64,000 nt of DNA from Trichoplax adhaerens (taxonomy: Eukaryota; Animalia; Placozoa). Each line of letters opens with the position of its first letter. Within the stretch, counting starts at the first letter, position 1. Below, piece after piece: positions 20,501 to 34,374 of the stretch. The notes below the pieces were generated by a model. That model did not search any database and was not told where the DNA came from. It was given only the letters and a program-made list of their open reading frames with translations. A program made the position numbers and the translations under genes. The DNA lies in contig NW_002060943.1 of NCBI RefSeq assembly GCF_000150275.1, forward strand, positions 3,003,264 through 3,067,263, written 5' to 3'.

Positions 20501-23437
20501 TATTTTCTTCCGTCGTATGCCATTTCAAGTTTCATCCTACCAATTCTACCTATTATTTTGCTAATATGAACAAGCGATTAGAAAATGGTTATATTTTAGT
20601 CAATTGCATCAGCTACAGTGGCTACTGATCTAATTTAGCCCTATTCTTTCATCACGCGCTTGTAATGACAAAGATCAAAAAGCATTTCGACTTTAAATTA
20701 CTAAACCTAGAAGACTAAGTTATATTCATCTTATCGATAAGATAAACGAAAACAACGGTACCATCGATAGCTACAGACGTTCTAATAATTGTAAAATTAT
20801 TTATGTAACAATAGTCTTCCCTGTAAAGAGCTCTTACCATGTATAATAAATTGTACATTGATAGTAAGCAGATTTGATGACTGTTAAAAAGTTATTTTAT
20901 ATTCAATATTTTCTAGTTGGACAATTGTAAAGTAAAGATTGCAGATGGGCAGTTTCAATACTATAAAAGAAATAATATTTACTAAAGTTCTAGAAACACC
21001 TATGGGATTTGCTATCATAATGTAACAAAATTACTTAAATTATTATGCATTCCAATATACTGTAAATAAAATCGAAATATTTTAAAAGCTAGCAATAAAA
21101 AATGAATGTTATTGCAAGCTTTCATTATTTCAGAACTTTTTTATGATGAAAAGCCATGGCGTCACTATCTTAATAACGAAATTAGAGGGGGAATTTACTA
21201 AGTAGAAGTCGATGTATTAACATATTAATATTTTTCAAGCCTCTAAAGTAGACATTGATTAAAATTGATGAAATAACTTAAAATGGCACTCATTCTACCA
21301 TCACAATTAGATTATGAAGTACATTCATCGAATACAGATGAAATTGTATGTTAAAGCTTAAAGTAGTTATGATAATATGAAAAAAGCTACTAGTAATCTG
21401 CGGCAGAATCTGCGTGATTGTTTACTTTCTGATTAAGATTCACCTGCATCATGACAGTTATAGCTCTTCCCCTATTGCCTTAATTGATCGACTAAACTTG
21501 TGATAATATAGAGTAACTACATGAATAGGCCCTTTAGTTTGTTTTCTAGCTGCCACAATAGAATTAATAAGAATAAATTCTATGATACTCATTCATCTTA
21601 CATATTAGTCAGATAAATCTATCAAAGCAAAACATACGGTGTCAATAAAGTGTGAAGAAGGATTATGTACTCATTCTATCAGTCTAGAAGTCGATCAACA
21701 TTTGCTACTTGAGGATAACATTCTAGATGCAGTTATAGTCAAATCTTGAAGTGAATGATTCAAATAATTTTATTAACTCTTAGTAAATAGGATACGTATC
21801 TATTTCGGCCACTTACCTGCTGCATAAAACTTATATCTAATATTAGGTGATTAAAATAATTTGTGTGATTCCATTTGATTGATCCAGATAGATTATAATA
21901 TGTAATCTCACAATTAAAACTCAAAATCACACAGTATGCAGCATGCAAACAGATATTACAGATCGAGGGATGAGTCTATTCTATCACGATAGAATCTAAA
22001 AATATCTATTCGTCATTTCAAAGACTGTTGTTGGCTTACAATGAAAGATTATGATCTAATACGACAGTTTTATTGATACGCCCCTATCATAGAAATCAAT
22101 CTGACCGAAATTAGTTAAAACCTGCATGAAGTCTAATTGAATATGTACCTAATTTCAGCTTATTACAATGTGGATGTAAGTACGTTTGATAAAGAAACTG
22201 CTTCAAAGCAATGTTGTAGATTTAGTAAGAAAGATACACTCGTACAATATTAATATACATTGATAGAAAAAACTAACTAGGTCTTATAGCGAAGTAAATT
22301 TAACACATTTGTGATTTCAATCCTTGCATTGGAACAATTCCGATAATTTCAAAATAATATTGACTTCAGATATTCTAGAAACATCATGTAAGTGGACTGA
22401 AATTTGCATTCATCTTTATCTTATTATTTTTTATTTTCGATACAGATTAATGTATTCATGTAATTTTATTCACCATGCCATCAACCAAGGTCTTAATGAT
22501 TGGTTTTTGTGAGTATTTGTGGTTATCATCATTGAACTGTAAGCGTATATTGTTTTTTAAGGTATTTTTTAAATTATCATGGATTTTTAATGGTCTGATA
22601 AAAGAATCCTACGACCGTTAAATAATAAGGAACAATATTTCTCAATTTTTTCTATCATTCTTATTATCCTTATTCACCGCTTGTAATTGTGATATCTTCT
22701 TTTACTTAATAATTAATTTATTGCCATCAAAATATAAAGATTAAAGCAACATGCGTACGATGGTAGCATTGTATTTTATTATCCTACTGACCATGAATAA
22801 TTTTATAGATATTGTGATAGTTAGCAGGAATTAATTTGTATTTGATTGTTATTTTAGATTATATTGTAAAATGACGTTCATATCTAATTCTTTAATTTCT
22901 TTGAAATAGATAAATTGGAGTCCTAATCACTGATTTGTATTCTATGTATGACGAAGATAAATTGCGTAGAATTTTTTATTGAATTATGGACAATAATGTT
23001 TGAATAGGCTGTTTTGAAGCTTAATTAACATTTTATAGCGAATCAATTATTTTACTTCTATCCAATTGAATATCAAAATAAAAAATAGGTAAATAAGATC
23101 ATTAATTGATTTCTAAATAAATTAAGAGTACTCTTTGTCATCGTTTCATTTAGGGAGGCTTCTAGAGGCATCTCTGATAACCAATTCTACTGTAACTCAC
23201 CAGTATATTAGTACTATCTTTACATAGGTAGCAACAACCAGGAATATCACTGGCACCTTCAGAATATCGAAATCCTGGCTTAACATTTTCAGTAGCAAGT
23301 CTTTTAAATTAAAATTAATCTTAATATCACGGAATTTGAAAACACTGATAATTCAATGGAAGCCAATCTTACAGCATGAAAGAGCATCGAATTTAAAAGA
23401 ACCTAAAAAGTATATGTTAAGAATAGATCTGTTCACG

Positions 23438-24415
23438 ATGAACGATTCCAATTTAACTCGTTATTTTACACCGATTGAAACAACATTTATTGCATTTATT
23501 ATGCTATTAGCTATGGCGTTAACATTATTTGGCAATTGTTTAGTCTTGCTTTATGTCTGCCCTAAAATTGCTATAAGAACGGTTGCTGGTGGATTAATGA
23601 CTAATTTAGCTATTGTCGACTTATTAGTGGGTTGCTTATTAATGCCGTTTAATGCGGTATCATTCCTTTTTTCTGGTTGGTATTTTGAGCCAAGTACTTG
23701 CCAATTTTTTGCTTTCGTCAATACAACACTATGCATTCTATCTACATTAACGTTGTCTATCATTAGTCTTGATCGTTATATCTGCATAGCGAAACCTTTA
23801 CAATATCACTCAATATTTACCATACTCTCTATACGCTTTATTATACCGTTTTTATGGATTATTGCTTTGACAATTGCTAGCTTACCATTCTTCCATATTG
23901 GTCGATACGCCTATGTTAGTCATGAATTTCAATGTTGGATATTACCTTCCTCCAGTATTCGGTTAATTATAATCATTTTAAGTATTTTATGCTTTTGTGT
24001 CACCATCATTTTAATTAGTTATTCCCTGATCTATAATGAAGCACGTAAAACCAAGCGTAGAATTGCTTGTATCAGTTCTATTTCGAACAATTCATCACGT
24101 ATGCGCCATTATGACTATAAAACGGCCAAAACTATGTTATTAGTGGTTGGCCTATTTCTAAGTTGTTGGATACCACGTACAATATTATTGCTATGGTATA
24201 CACAAAATAATTCTTCCACATTTCAAGCTACATGGCCGTTGCTGTGTACATGGTTAGCTCTAACCAACTCTACTATTAATCCATTTATTTACTGTGTACA
24301 TAATTCATACTATCGTAGTATTTTAATGATGGCGTTGAAAAGACAGTGCTGTAAACGACGTAGCCGCACTCATAACACAGCCAGGAATTTTCCCTTAAGT
24401 ATGTATAATAACTGA
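23438..24415 (+). CDS. Class A (rhodopsin-like) GPCR, intronless CDS, orphan
   Basis: Seven hydrophobic segments with GN (TM1), NLAIVD (TM2), C...SLDRY (TM3), W (TM4), CWIP (TM6), NPFIY (TM7) and a C-terminal CC. The likely start MNDSNLT at 23438 carries N-glycosylation sequons. Confidence 0.95.
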   Translation: MNDSNLTRYFTPIETTFIAFIMLLAMALTLFGNCLVLLYVCPKIAIRTVAGGLMTNLAIVDLLVGCLLMPFNAVSFLFSGWYFEPSTCQFFAFVNTTLCILSTLTLSIISLDRYICIAKPLQYHSIFTILSIRFIIPFLWIIALTIASLPFFHIGRYAYVSHEFQCWILPSSSIRLIIIILSILCFCVTIILISYSLIYNEARKTKRRIACISSISNNSSRMRHYDYKTAKTMLLVVGLFLSCWIPRTILLLWYTQNNSSTFQATWPLLCTWLALTNSTINPFIYCVHNSYYRSILMMALKRQCCKRRSRTHNTARNFPLSMYNN

Positions 24416-27400
24416 AATTCGAAAACGAATGCCAGGCAAGTTTATTTCTATGTTAATTATTCTATCTCTGTAAACTATACTATCTTCGATGCTTTTGACT
24501 GCTTTTATCATGATTTATTAATTCTTCCTTAAGATTCCAAATCGACACGAATATAGTACACAGAAATGCGAAATGAAGTTAAACTATTGCTGGGTATTTA
24601 CGATAAATTAGGCCCCAAATTCTATTTTATGAATTTGCTGTATATCTTTGACGAGACAATGTTTGTTGAATTTACTGTTAATATTACGCCGAAATTGGTG
24701 TTGCAATTATCAATGTATCTAAATCAAATTATAAAGATCAAGATCGAGATTTCTAGTACCTCATTTGTAATAATTTTAATTAACTTTTTTTATTAGCATC
24801 ATGATATCATCACTATCGCTTTTATCTTTTCTAATATTACATGGCTTGTTGTTGAACAAAATCAAGAAATAAATTATAATTCATAATCTATCCGCCATAT
24901 CATTTGTATGGTTGATTGCCTCTGCTTAAGTCCTGGCAGCTACGATATACTATTTTAATCAGAATCACACCCTTAATTCTTCATTTTAATCACAAGTTGT
25001 TTTCAAATTTATCCTCTAATCATACAGCCTTCAACTGTATTTGTGCCTTTTTCCGTTTTGGAATAATTTAGATTAGTATTAAAACTGTGCTCCATTATTT
25101 CATTTGTTTACCTTATCACTGATACGTTGACGACTAAAATTTGGATCAGCTCATCGTGAATCAGCCTCTGTTTAATATCATTGCTTTATTTTTATTACCA
25201 TTTCTATGCAGATGAATATGAGGTAACAGTCAAGAGAAATATCCAACTTTCGTGATCGATATGTTGTTCATCAATGGTACTATCAATAAAATGTTACATC
25301 GACCATTCAGCATTACAACTTTCATTTCTATTTTCAGTTAAAGTTTACGTCAGCCTTTCATTTCCTGGCTATATCAAAGCCTCTTTGCTGTTTATATTAC
25401 AAGGCAATTTTTGTTTGAAATGATAATGTATTGTACACAAGATATAATCCAGTAACATGACTAAGATGATGTTAGCTTAGTATCGTCTTTCATATCTATT
25501 TTCATCCTATCAACTTCCCGGAATGAATCTGTTTAGTTGGATCAACAATTTAACTCATTCTTTCTAAAATCTTATCGAAATGATATTTTATCCAAAATAT
25601 TCCGATTCGATTTTTTATTAATGATAAAATTTGAGTAGTCTATGTATCCAGAACGAATATCTTACCCAATCATGAAATGATTAAGATTATAGCTATGATA
25701 AGAGAATCGATTGATGTCGATTAGTAATTATTGTAATCGTTAGTAATTGAAAGTTTAAAATCCTTACGGTCTACCCAAAATTTTATAAGCGCTTCCATAT
25801 TATTATTACTGGATGTAGCCAAGAATAAACTCATATACAATCCCTCCGTGGCATAATGCTACATCCAGGTTATATCTACGTACAGTAATTGCTATCAGTG
25901 CCATTTTTTAATACTCTAAGACACAGGAACTATAACTCAGTTTGCTTTACATGCGAAAGTGAAAATTCAAGAACACTAGAAAAGACTTTATTTATTTCTC
26001 TCTAATGAGCACATCAATCACTACAGTGGTCATAATGCCTCTTTTTATATAATAGTAGAAGTATAAGTCCGACTATAAAGAATTGAAAAATCATTGTCTA
26101 CCTGAAAGTACTATTATACAGTCACTAATATTTACTAAAGGAGTCAGATATTGTCAATTTTCAACCAACTCTTATGATTTTTTGCGAGCCGATTTGAGAT
26201 TATGATATATTGAGGAAAAGCTTATATTAGCTTGAATTTGTGACAGATCAAAACCCTCATAATTATAATTATAATCTATAGATCTATCTAGTTGTAAGAA
26301 ATACCTTTGTAAAGGAAGTAAGATAAAAATTCTTGCATGTAATGCCATACCTGACGAAGCCAGTTAGTATATTTATTCGAATTTCCGATTATTTGATACC
26401 CCATAAACTGCATATTTTAAACAACTACGATGTATGGAAGATTTTTCTTGCTAATCTAATTGGGTAATATGGCTAGACTGTTATCACTATATTTTAAAAG
26501 ATTTGGCAATTGACCAAGCTATATACTGTTCAAAAGAAAGTTATTCCTACGTCATTAATTACTACAGTTCATCAAGGGACTACTCAGCGACTCATCTTCA
26601 ATTTATAATAACGAGATAATTTTATTGACCCCCAAGTCTTCGCTGATCTTTTCTCCCTATTGTTATCTTGACAACACTATGAGTGTCATAATGATATTTT
26701 CTATTCTTTTCATAAAATCTTAAATTATGGTCGCTGCAGAACAACATTGCAGTGGCTTGGCATATGGCTGCACTAGTTAAGCAATAAATTAATATCGATC
26801 TAAAGCGATATCGAACTTTTAATTATCATTTTGATTGTGTGAAACCGTCAGTTTTAAATGAACGAATCAAGTTAGCATGAAATTATCTTCATTTTTGCAA
26901 CAACGCCTTAAAATTGGCGTGCCTAGCTAAATATAGGATCGATCACCATGAAACTAAATATATTTAGAAGTGGGTTATAGCTACTACAATAATTATCAAT
27001 CTTCCTATTTCATAGTTGCATGTTTGTTATAATTGATATTGCATTAGGTCTCTTGAATTTTGTAATTCATTATATTATCCTATAAAGTGAACTACTAGAC
27101 AATGCGATTCCATAATATTTGATTTTTTGATCAGATATATAAAATCAATAGTATAATAAGTAAGAATTTATTCTGCTACTTTTTCTGAAAATTTGATAAT
27201 ACTACCAAGATAAGATTTATTAACTAAACAAGAATGATCATGATAGATATCATTTCTTACAGTATACATATTGAATCAACATATTATGCATTGCGATCGT
27301 CTTAATTCTCAATACAAGATGGAAGGATCTTCAAAAAAGTTTTTTTGTATTCGACGATATCCTAATCAATCAAGCTCGCCTAATCACTCTCTCATGTAAA

Positions 27401-30242
27401 TAAATTCAATTCGATTTTCAGCACCTGTGCACTTGAAATAAAATCAACAAAGGAGAATTTCAATGCTTAGCTTGTCTTGCATTACCTTGTAGGCGTTGAA
27501 TATTAATCAATAATTTACTTTTTGTCAGATACTCAATCAAGCTTTTTTGTAAATTGTGATAAATAGATTTATAAATCTTGGACCATGATTTGAATGCTAT
27601 TTTCTTCTAGTTAATTTAAAGATTTTCTAATCTAATTCATATAATCTTGTGATTTCATCCATCATTAGTTCATCATTTTGTTGTACAATTTCTTTCCCTA
27701 TATCATTTGATTTTATCTCTTTCTGCATTCTAGTCATAGCAATATTGTAGTTATATTTTCTTATCCATCTATGTCAGTCCAGTGTGACGATATCACTAAA
27801 ATAATGATATTAAATCAACAATGCAAAGAGTCAATATCTTAATAATACTTGAAATTAGATATAAACATTTTAACTGCATCAGTCATGCTACTTACTACTG
27901 ATACTTAAAATACGATGATGTCAGTAGATATTTAAATCTAATATTTTCTCCGATGTGATAACAATAGAACGATACGTCGAGTGTTGAAAAATTTTTTCTC
28001 TATACATTTCTAATAACTCCAAATGGGTTATGAAGCAATCCACTTTGAGATGTATTTTGTTTATCGAATTAATGATAATAGATCAATCTCTTAGATGGGA
28101 TAAATAGCTAGTTTATAACAGCATTTGCTTACTTAAATTGTATCTTAGTGCTAAAAAATTGATATTTACCATCTGCAGGGTTTTTTAATCTGCTACCGTA
28201 TTTATAAATAAATCAATTACTTGTACGTTACATATAAATAGAATTCGTATCTAGGAATCTTTGAAACGTTATAATATTGTTGATATTTATCTATTGGTTG
28301 CCAATGAAAAGTAAATAACCATTTAAAAGATCAATTTTACGTAAGAAATCATTAATTAACGATGCGTATGACGTGCAGCAATTGCTATTTCAATTAAGAT
28401 TACTTAATAATATTTTTTCCTGAATGCAGAACTATTATCTGTACATTAAGATCATTTTATATTCAAGAAATAACCATCTTTTCGACTGCTACCATTCCGG
28501 TGGTTAGGTCGCCCATGATTCGTTGATTTATCAATATAGTTCGATTATAGTTGAATTTAACAATAATATATTCCCTTATTCATGGAGGAAGTGAATTATG
28601 TATGACTAAGTCCAATCTAATATTCTGATCAAATTTCTTTTCTTCTTAAACGAATTATTAGAGAATACCCCTTGTTTTAGTTTTGCTCAATAATGCGTAT
28701 ATACTTTTATGAGTATTTATTAATTGCTAATCTCGCATATAATTAAACTGTTTTTTGTTGCTAGCGTTTCGTTAGTCAAAAATTTCTTATTGATCTAGAT
28801 AGGGCCGATAGCAATAACCAATCGTAAAGCTACCATTATTTCATGACAGAATTTTAAAATCATAACTTCTGTAGGTCATTATTTTATCTTGTAACCGCGA
28901 TTTAACTCTAAGGATTAAAACGAATCGAGTCAATTACTATTTACGCGGGTAAATCATCCTATCCAAATCATCTTCAACGTATAAACACTAGCTAATATCA
29001 CCGTAAACAAGATCCTTTCAGAATAATAATAGTAAACTATTACTATCATTATGACGTGGAAGTTGTAGCAATTAACATTTATCTTTATAATGAAATTAAT
29101 CCTTATTCTACTATTGTAAACTTCCATTTGAAAAGAGAAGAATGATGGGATAGTCATTCGGCCAATATTCATATTGCCATCAAGATGGCACAATAACCAT
29201 CGTAAGAATTTTAAAATAAAAGGCATGCTTTCCAGTGATATCTCGATTTATCGCTAGTAACATCGATTTGGTATGCAACGAAATCATCCTCCTATTTAAA
29301 CAAAAATAATTTCCAGATCATGACGTAGACAGTGCAAAATAAAATAATCATTATTTTATTATGCATGTAAGTATTATGGTACTCAAATCGAGACCAGAAA
29401 TAATGCTCTATAGGTCATTAGTAAATCTAAAATTGAAAGAAGGATTCATTTTCGGGTCAGTGAATTCGTTAGATACCTAACTTACAAGAGAGCTCTAAGA
29501 TCATATCGTGTTCTCATCATGATCAATCTCGTACCATATGCGTACTCTAATTATACCAATTTAGATCAAAGAATATACGATAGCTAATGATGTTTATTAA
29601 CATTTAATTTCATGCCCATAAGGGTGTTTTCAGCAATGATTTGTACGCTAATTTGTCAACTTTGTATCGGTATGATCCACTTTCTACCTAATAAATGTGA
29701 ACGAAGCACATATGGAAGTTTTTGTTTTGCAAGCAATAAAGAGAGAATAGAAGTCAGTAGTTAGTTTTATATGAACTTTAATTACTTGTACATTTTCCTG
29801 CCTCCTACATTATTCAATAGGGCTATTACGAACTCTAAATGTTGAAGTGGAATAGAGGTAAATAATTTCTCTTACTTGAATAAGATAGAGATTAGAAGGG
29901 AAATTTTTTATGCAACGTGCATATTTGACGTTTTTGGGGAAATACGATGTGCGCTATATGGCGTAAATTAAATGTTAGACAGAAATACTGGAAGGCCTAG
30001 ACTTAAAAAATACTGGAGCGCTCAAGTTTGCTTCAATCGCCAATTAAATTTTATGTAGCAGTCCTTTAGCGAATATGAATCCACTATGTGGACAAATCAG
30101 AGCACTTCGCGACGAAAATCTCGAGGAGCATGAGGTTATGTCATATAATATCAAGCGTTTCGATACTCATTTGATTTGAATGTTGCTACAATATTGAAAT
30201 AATTTGTAACAAAGTTTTCAGCCTTGAGAACTTTTGTCTTGC

Positions 30243-30669
30243 AAATGCATATATCAACGCATATATGTAACATTTTGTTCTATATCAATGTATATGTATA
30301 ACGTTTTGTTCTATATTAATGTATATCTATAACGTTTTATTCTATATAAATGCATATCTATAACGTTTTGTTATATATAAATGCATATCTATAAAGATTT
30401 GTTCTATATAAATGCATATCTATAACGTTTTGTTATATATAAATGCATATCTATAAAGATTTGTTCTATATAAATGCATATCTATAACATTTTGTTATAT
30501 ATTAATGCATATCTATAAATATTTGTTCTATAAATGCATATCTATAACGTTTTGTAATATATAAATGCATATCTATAAAGTTTTTTTTCTATAAAAATGC
30601 ATATCTATAACGTTTTGTTCTATATAAATGCATATCTATAACGTTTTATTATATATATATATAAATGCA
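30243..30669. repeat. 31-bp minisatellite, about 13-14 copies
   Basis: The unit aatgcatatctataacgttttgttctatata repeats at about 31-bp spacing (e.g. 30349, 30380). Confidence 0.95.
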
Positions 30670-31765
30670 CAAAAAATTTTACCACCGTGATTAGCCTTCG
30701 GCCGGAGCCGGCAGAATAGTAGAGTACTGAGTACAGTACTTTACAGTACTGTATACTGTAGTATTGTACTGTAGTTCTGTGTACTGTACTGTACACTGTA
30801 CAGTACTGTATACTAGTGTATAGTACCTACAGCACGTATAGTACTCTTAGGGATGTGTAAAACTAATGTCTATAGGAACGTGTAAAGTCTCTACTCTACA
30901 CTGGAACGAATATGTAAGTCATGACATCTATATTGCACCAGCTTTGACTGGACAGTGGACACTGCAGTTGCCCTAGCAGTTGCCTAGTGCCTGCAGCCAT
31001 TCTTGGTGCTTGGAGCTGGAGCTACTAGAGGAACTATTTTGAAAGTTGCAGCTTGCAGGTGATTTAGGTAAGTTTGCTATTTCTTTCGTCGTAGAGCCAA
31101 ATTTCCTGCAGCTCTCCCTACTCAAATAATCAAATTCTTAACCTAATTGATTTATTCGTTCATCTTGTGTGGCTTCTTTAGAAATAATAACGGTGTAGAA
31201 GAAATCAAATCGCATTACCAAAGAACGCCAGGATGCAAGTGTAAGCAACTTTAGCTGATTAAAGCACAGTCTTATGCATGTACTGTATACGCGTATGTTA
31301 ATCTTAGCACAGACCAGACGCCCTAAAAGATTGAATAACGTATTAGACAATCCTACATGCTGAGAACAGAGTGGATAGGCGTTACGTTATTATAATTGAA
31401 TAAGGCAATTTAAATAGTGACTATGAATGTATGAATGTTGATAGCAATCTTTCAAGTAGCTTGCGATATGTTTAAATTAGAAATGATTCTTACTATTTTA
31501 CGCGTATACCTTCCGTTCGATCGCTATTTCATAGATCTGCGTCAGTAGTTAATCTTCAACGTCTTGAAATAACTCTTATCTATGTATCCTATACAACATG
31601 CATCGACTATAAATTATAATATTCACCATGCATCAGTTATCAATACGGTATATATTTTTTAAATTCGTACGTACGCCATGCTGCATGGCCATTCCAATAA
31701 TTCCCTTGAAGTAATAATAATGTATAATCGCTATCTGCTTCTTTTATCACCTTATTCAATCATAG

Positions 31766-33118
31766 GTTAGACGGCAATGCTGGATTATTAAGCAATTATG
31801 AGGTACGAGTATCATGTCATGGTAATATTCAAACACCAAATCAATCGATCGATCTTTAATTCGATGTGGTATCTGTACGAATACACTAGTTTGCGATGAT
31901 ATTTCGATATCTGTCAATAAACGTAGCAATTTAATGATGTTGATAACGAAATCACTACATGCCTGCACCTTAACTTTTATACGCATTGACATACAACTAT
32001 GGCATTAAACGAAATACGTGTTTCGTTAGCTTGCACAGATGCGGCAAGAATCGTCACGTTATAGCGTATCGTAAATAACTTTAGTCTCATTTTATGTTGA
32101 TAATTATTAATGGCTATCGACCTATCATCTTTCATACATGGTTTTGTAGGTATTGGCGATACTAAAAGAAAAGAAGAAAGCAATCGCCGAACAAACACAA
32201 TACGTGCCAGAAAACTTAGCCACGGTAACATATGAAGTAAGTAATCATATGCTCTGTCTTGTAGTAATGGATTCTACGCGTATATTAACTTAAACAAACA
32301 ACCAATTCTTTAATATTCATTTGGATATCAGTTACAGTACTATCCAGTTACCATTACCTATTTATCTATTACTAAGTTAACAATATGACAAATTTAGGTA
32401 ACCAAACATCTTCAAGATACGCCATGTTCAGTGCAAGTAGGATCTCTTTATGTGGCTAATACGTTGTGAAGTGTATGAAATGTAGGATCCTGTTAGCTTT
32501 ATCAATATTCTTTATTACTAATCATGATAGAACGAACAGATTATGAAGGACTTTATGCTGGCCATATCTAAATTCAAATTAACAAAGTAAGACCTGTAAC
32601 TAACCTGTTTCAGAAGGGAGTTTACTTAATTTCGTTTAGATTTTTAAACCAAAGCTGCTTTAATCACGATTGAATTTGTTTTTTTACAAACCTAGTTTTA
32701 TTATGATCATGAGAAATGATTTACACACCTAAATATAAATTAAATATCTACCATGATAGAGGCACGTGTAAATAAATGTCGTTTTTTACGTATATAGAGC
32801 GGAAAAGTTAATGTTACTCAATCAGAGACCAACTTCACTTGTCGAACTTCATCTGGTAAATGAAACCTTCAGATCTAATACAGCCGATAAGACTTATGAA
32901 TATATAATCCATACGTACAAAAGATAGAGGCGCAACATTAATATAATATTTTTGTCTCATATTCAATGAAATAGATTATAGAAGAAACTGAGGAACGTTT
33001 TTCTGAAGAAGAAAGCAACGAACTATTACAAATCATTGATGATATCCTCCCGCCAGTGCATCCCCATGATAATGAAGATACAGAAGACAAAGGGCAAACA
33101 AATGAAGAACAAAATTAA
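31766..33118 (+). CDS. CRCP: RNA polymerase III subunit RPC9 / CGRP receptor component; exons 31766-31802, 32150-32236, 32398-32436, 32531-32586, 32798-32855, 32975-33118; first exon unresolved
   Basis: The spliced translation LDGNAGLLSNYEVLAIL...NLATVTYEVTKHLQDTPCSVQ...[36 protein letters not shown] matches the RPC9 motifs LLSNYEV, LTKAEKLQLLN.RP and EE.EER. All introns are GT-AG and phase-compatible. Confidence 0.93.
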
Positions 33119-34374
33119 TCCGGCGCGAATACGAATGTCCCTGACTTTACCTTACCTTTAGAAATAAGTTCTCCATCATCATAAGGATAAATAGCAGTCT
33201 AAATTGTATAAAATTCGACAAGCATGAATGAAATTGTAGAAATTTCTTACAAATACAATTGTACACTATGTTATTATTGAATCTAAAAAATATTGCAAAT
33301 CTACCTGTTTATAAACAAAATAATATTTATGATGTTAATAGTGATGTATAAAATTACTGTAGTATTGCAGTGCTAGATAAAGTATTTGATTATGCTTCTA
33401 TACAGAACTCCAGCTAACAATGATCCTCACTGGGAAATGTTTAAGTTTCTGTGCTGCTTATCCTATGGCAATTTTATAAAATATAATGTTACCCAATTTC
33501 ATAAATACTACATTAATTGAATATTTTCGTAATCATGTTAAGCCAGATAACTAAATTAATTTTCCTCCTATAATAATTATATATTATACTAATAGATAGG
33601 CTCACTTGAATATGCACGTTAACAACAGACTGAAATGAATACCCGATGAGTCTACTGTATATGCTGCTATATTAAAGGCATTCGGTTTGAAAACAAAGGT
33701 TATAATCTACCGATAACAATCAGTCCCATAATTGTTCTATTAAAATTTCAAATCCATACTAAAAACATGAACAGCTAATTAGCAAAAATAAAAATATTTT
33801 TAAATATTGTTATCGAGTGTAAGTAAAAGATGAATTTATTTTCATTGGAAATTGATCAAAGAAACATAAATAACAAAAGAGCATCGATATAACGAAACCA
33901 ACAATCTGTCAGCAATTATGGAAACGTTTTTACGATAACACTTTGTACACGACACGTAACATGGACAAATAAAGCATCAAAAAATGCATATTACATCGCC
34001 ATATACAAATTAATTTTTAGTCTCATACTTTATAAATAATTCATTAAAATTTCGAAAAATCTTCTGCATTTCGTTCTATTTTATATCGGATACTGATATA
34101 AACTTATTAACAACATCATCAGTTACATTAGGCTTTTTACTTTTCAACAATTTTTTACAATTTCACGCTATTGTGCTATAATCCTCGTAACAGTCAATAT
34201 AATCATTTATTGATTATACTGTCTGAGATAAAAATTTGGACAAAAACCATTTATACCTTTATAAATTTGACCATTAATCTCCGTAACTACTGCTTTTGAA
34301 GTTAGATGGCTGCCTTGTCATACAATCTATCTATAATAAATTTTAAGAGTGGCTAAATCAACCCTTAGCTACAC

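Noticed and set aside
23336-24415. GPCR as an opsin partnering the photolyases
   Set aside because: It lacks the retinal-binding Lys in TM7 (TWLALTNSTINPFIY) and lies 20 kb away.
27486-27737. Coding-like minus-strand fragment (MTRMQKEIKS...; KSLIEYLTKSKLLINIQRLQ followed by a donor)
   Set aside because: Interrupted by stops and frameshifts, with no family match and no partner exons. It may be a relic but cannot be supported.
28954-29226. 90-aa hydrophobic ORF
   Set aside because: The I/F/Y/N-rich composition is what AT-rich non-coding DNA produces; no motifs.
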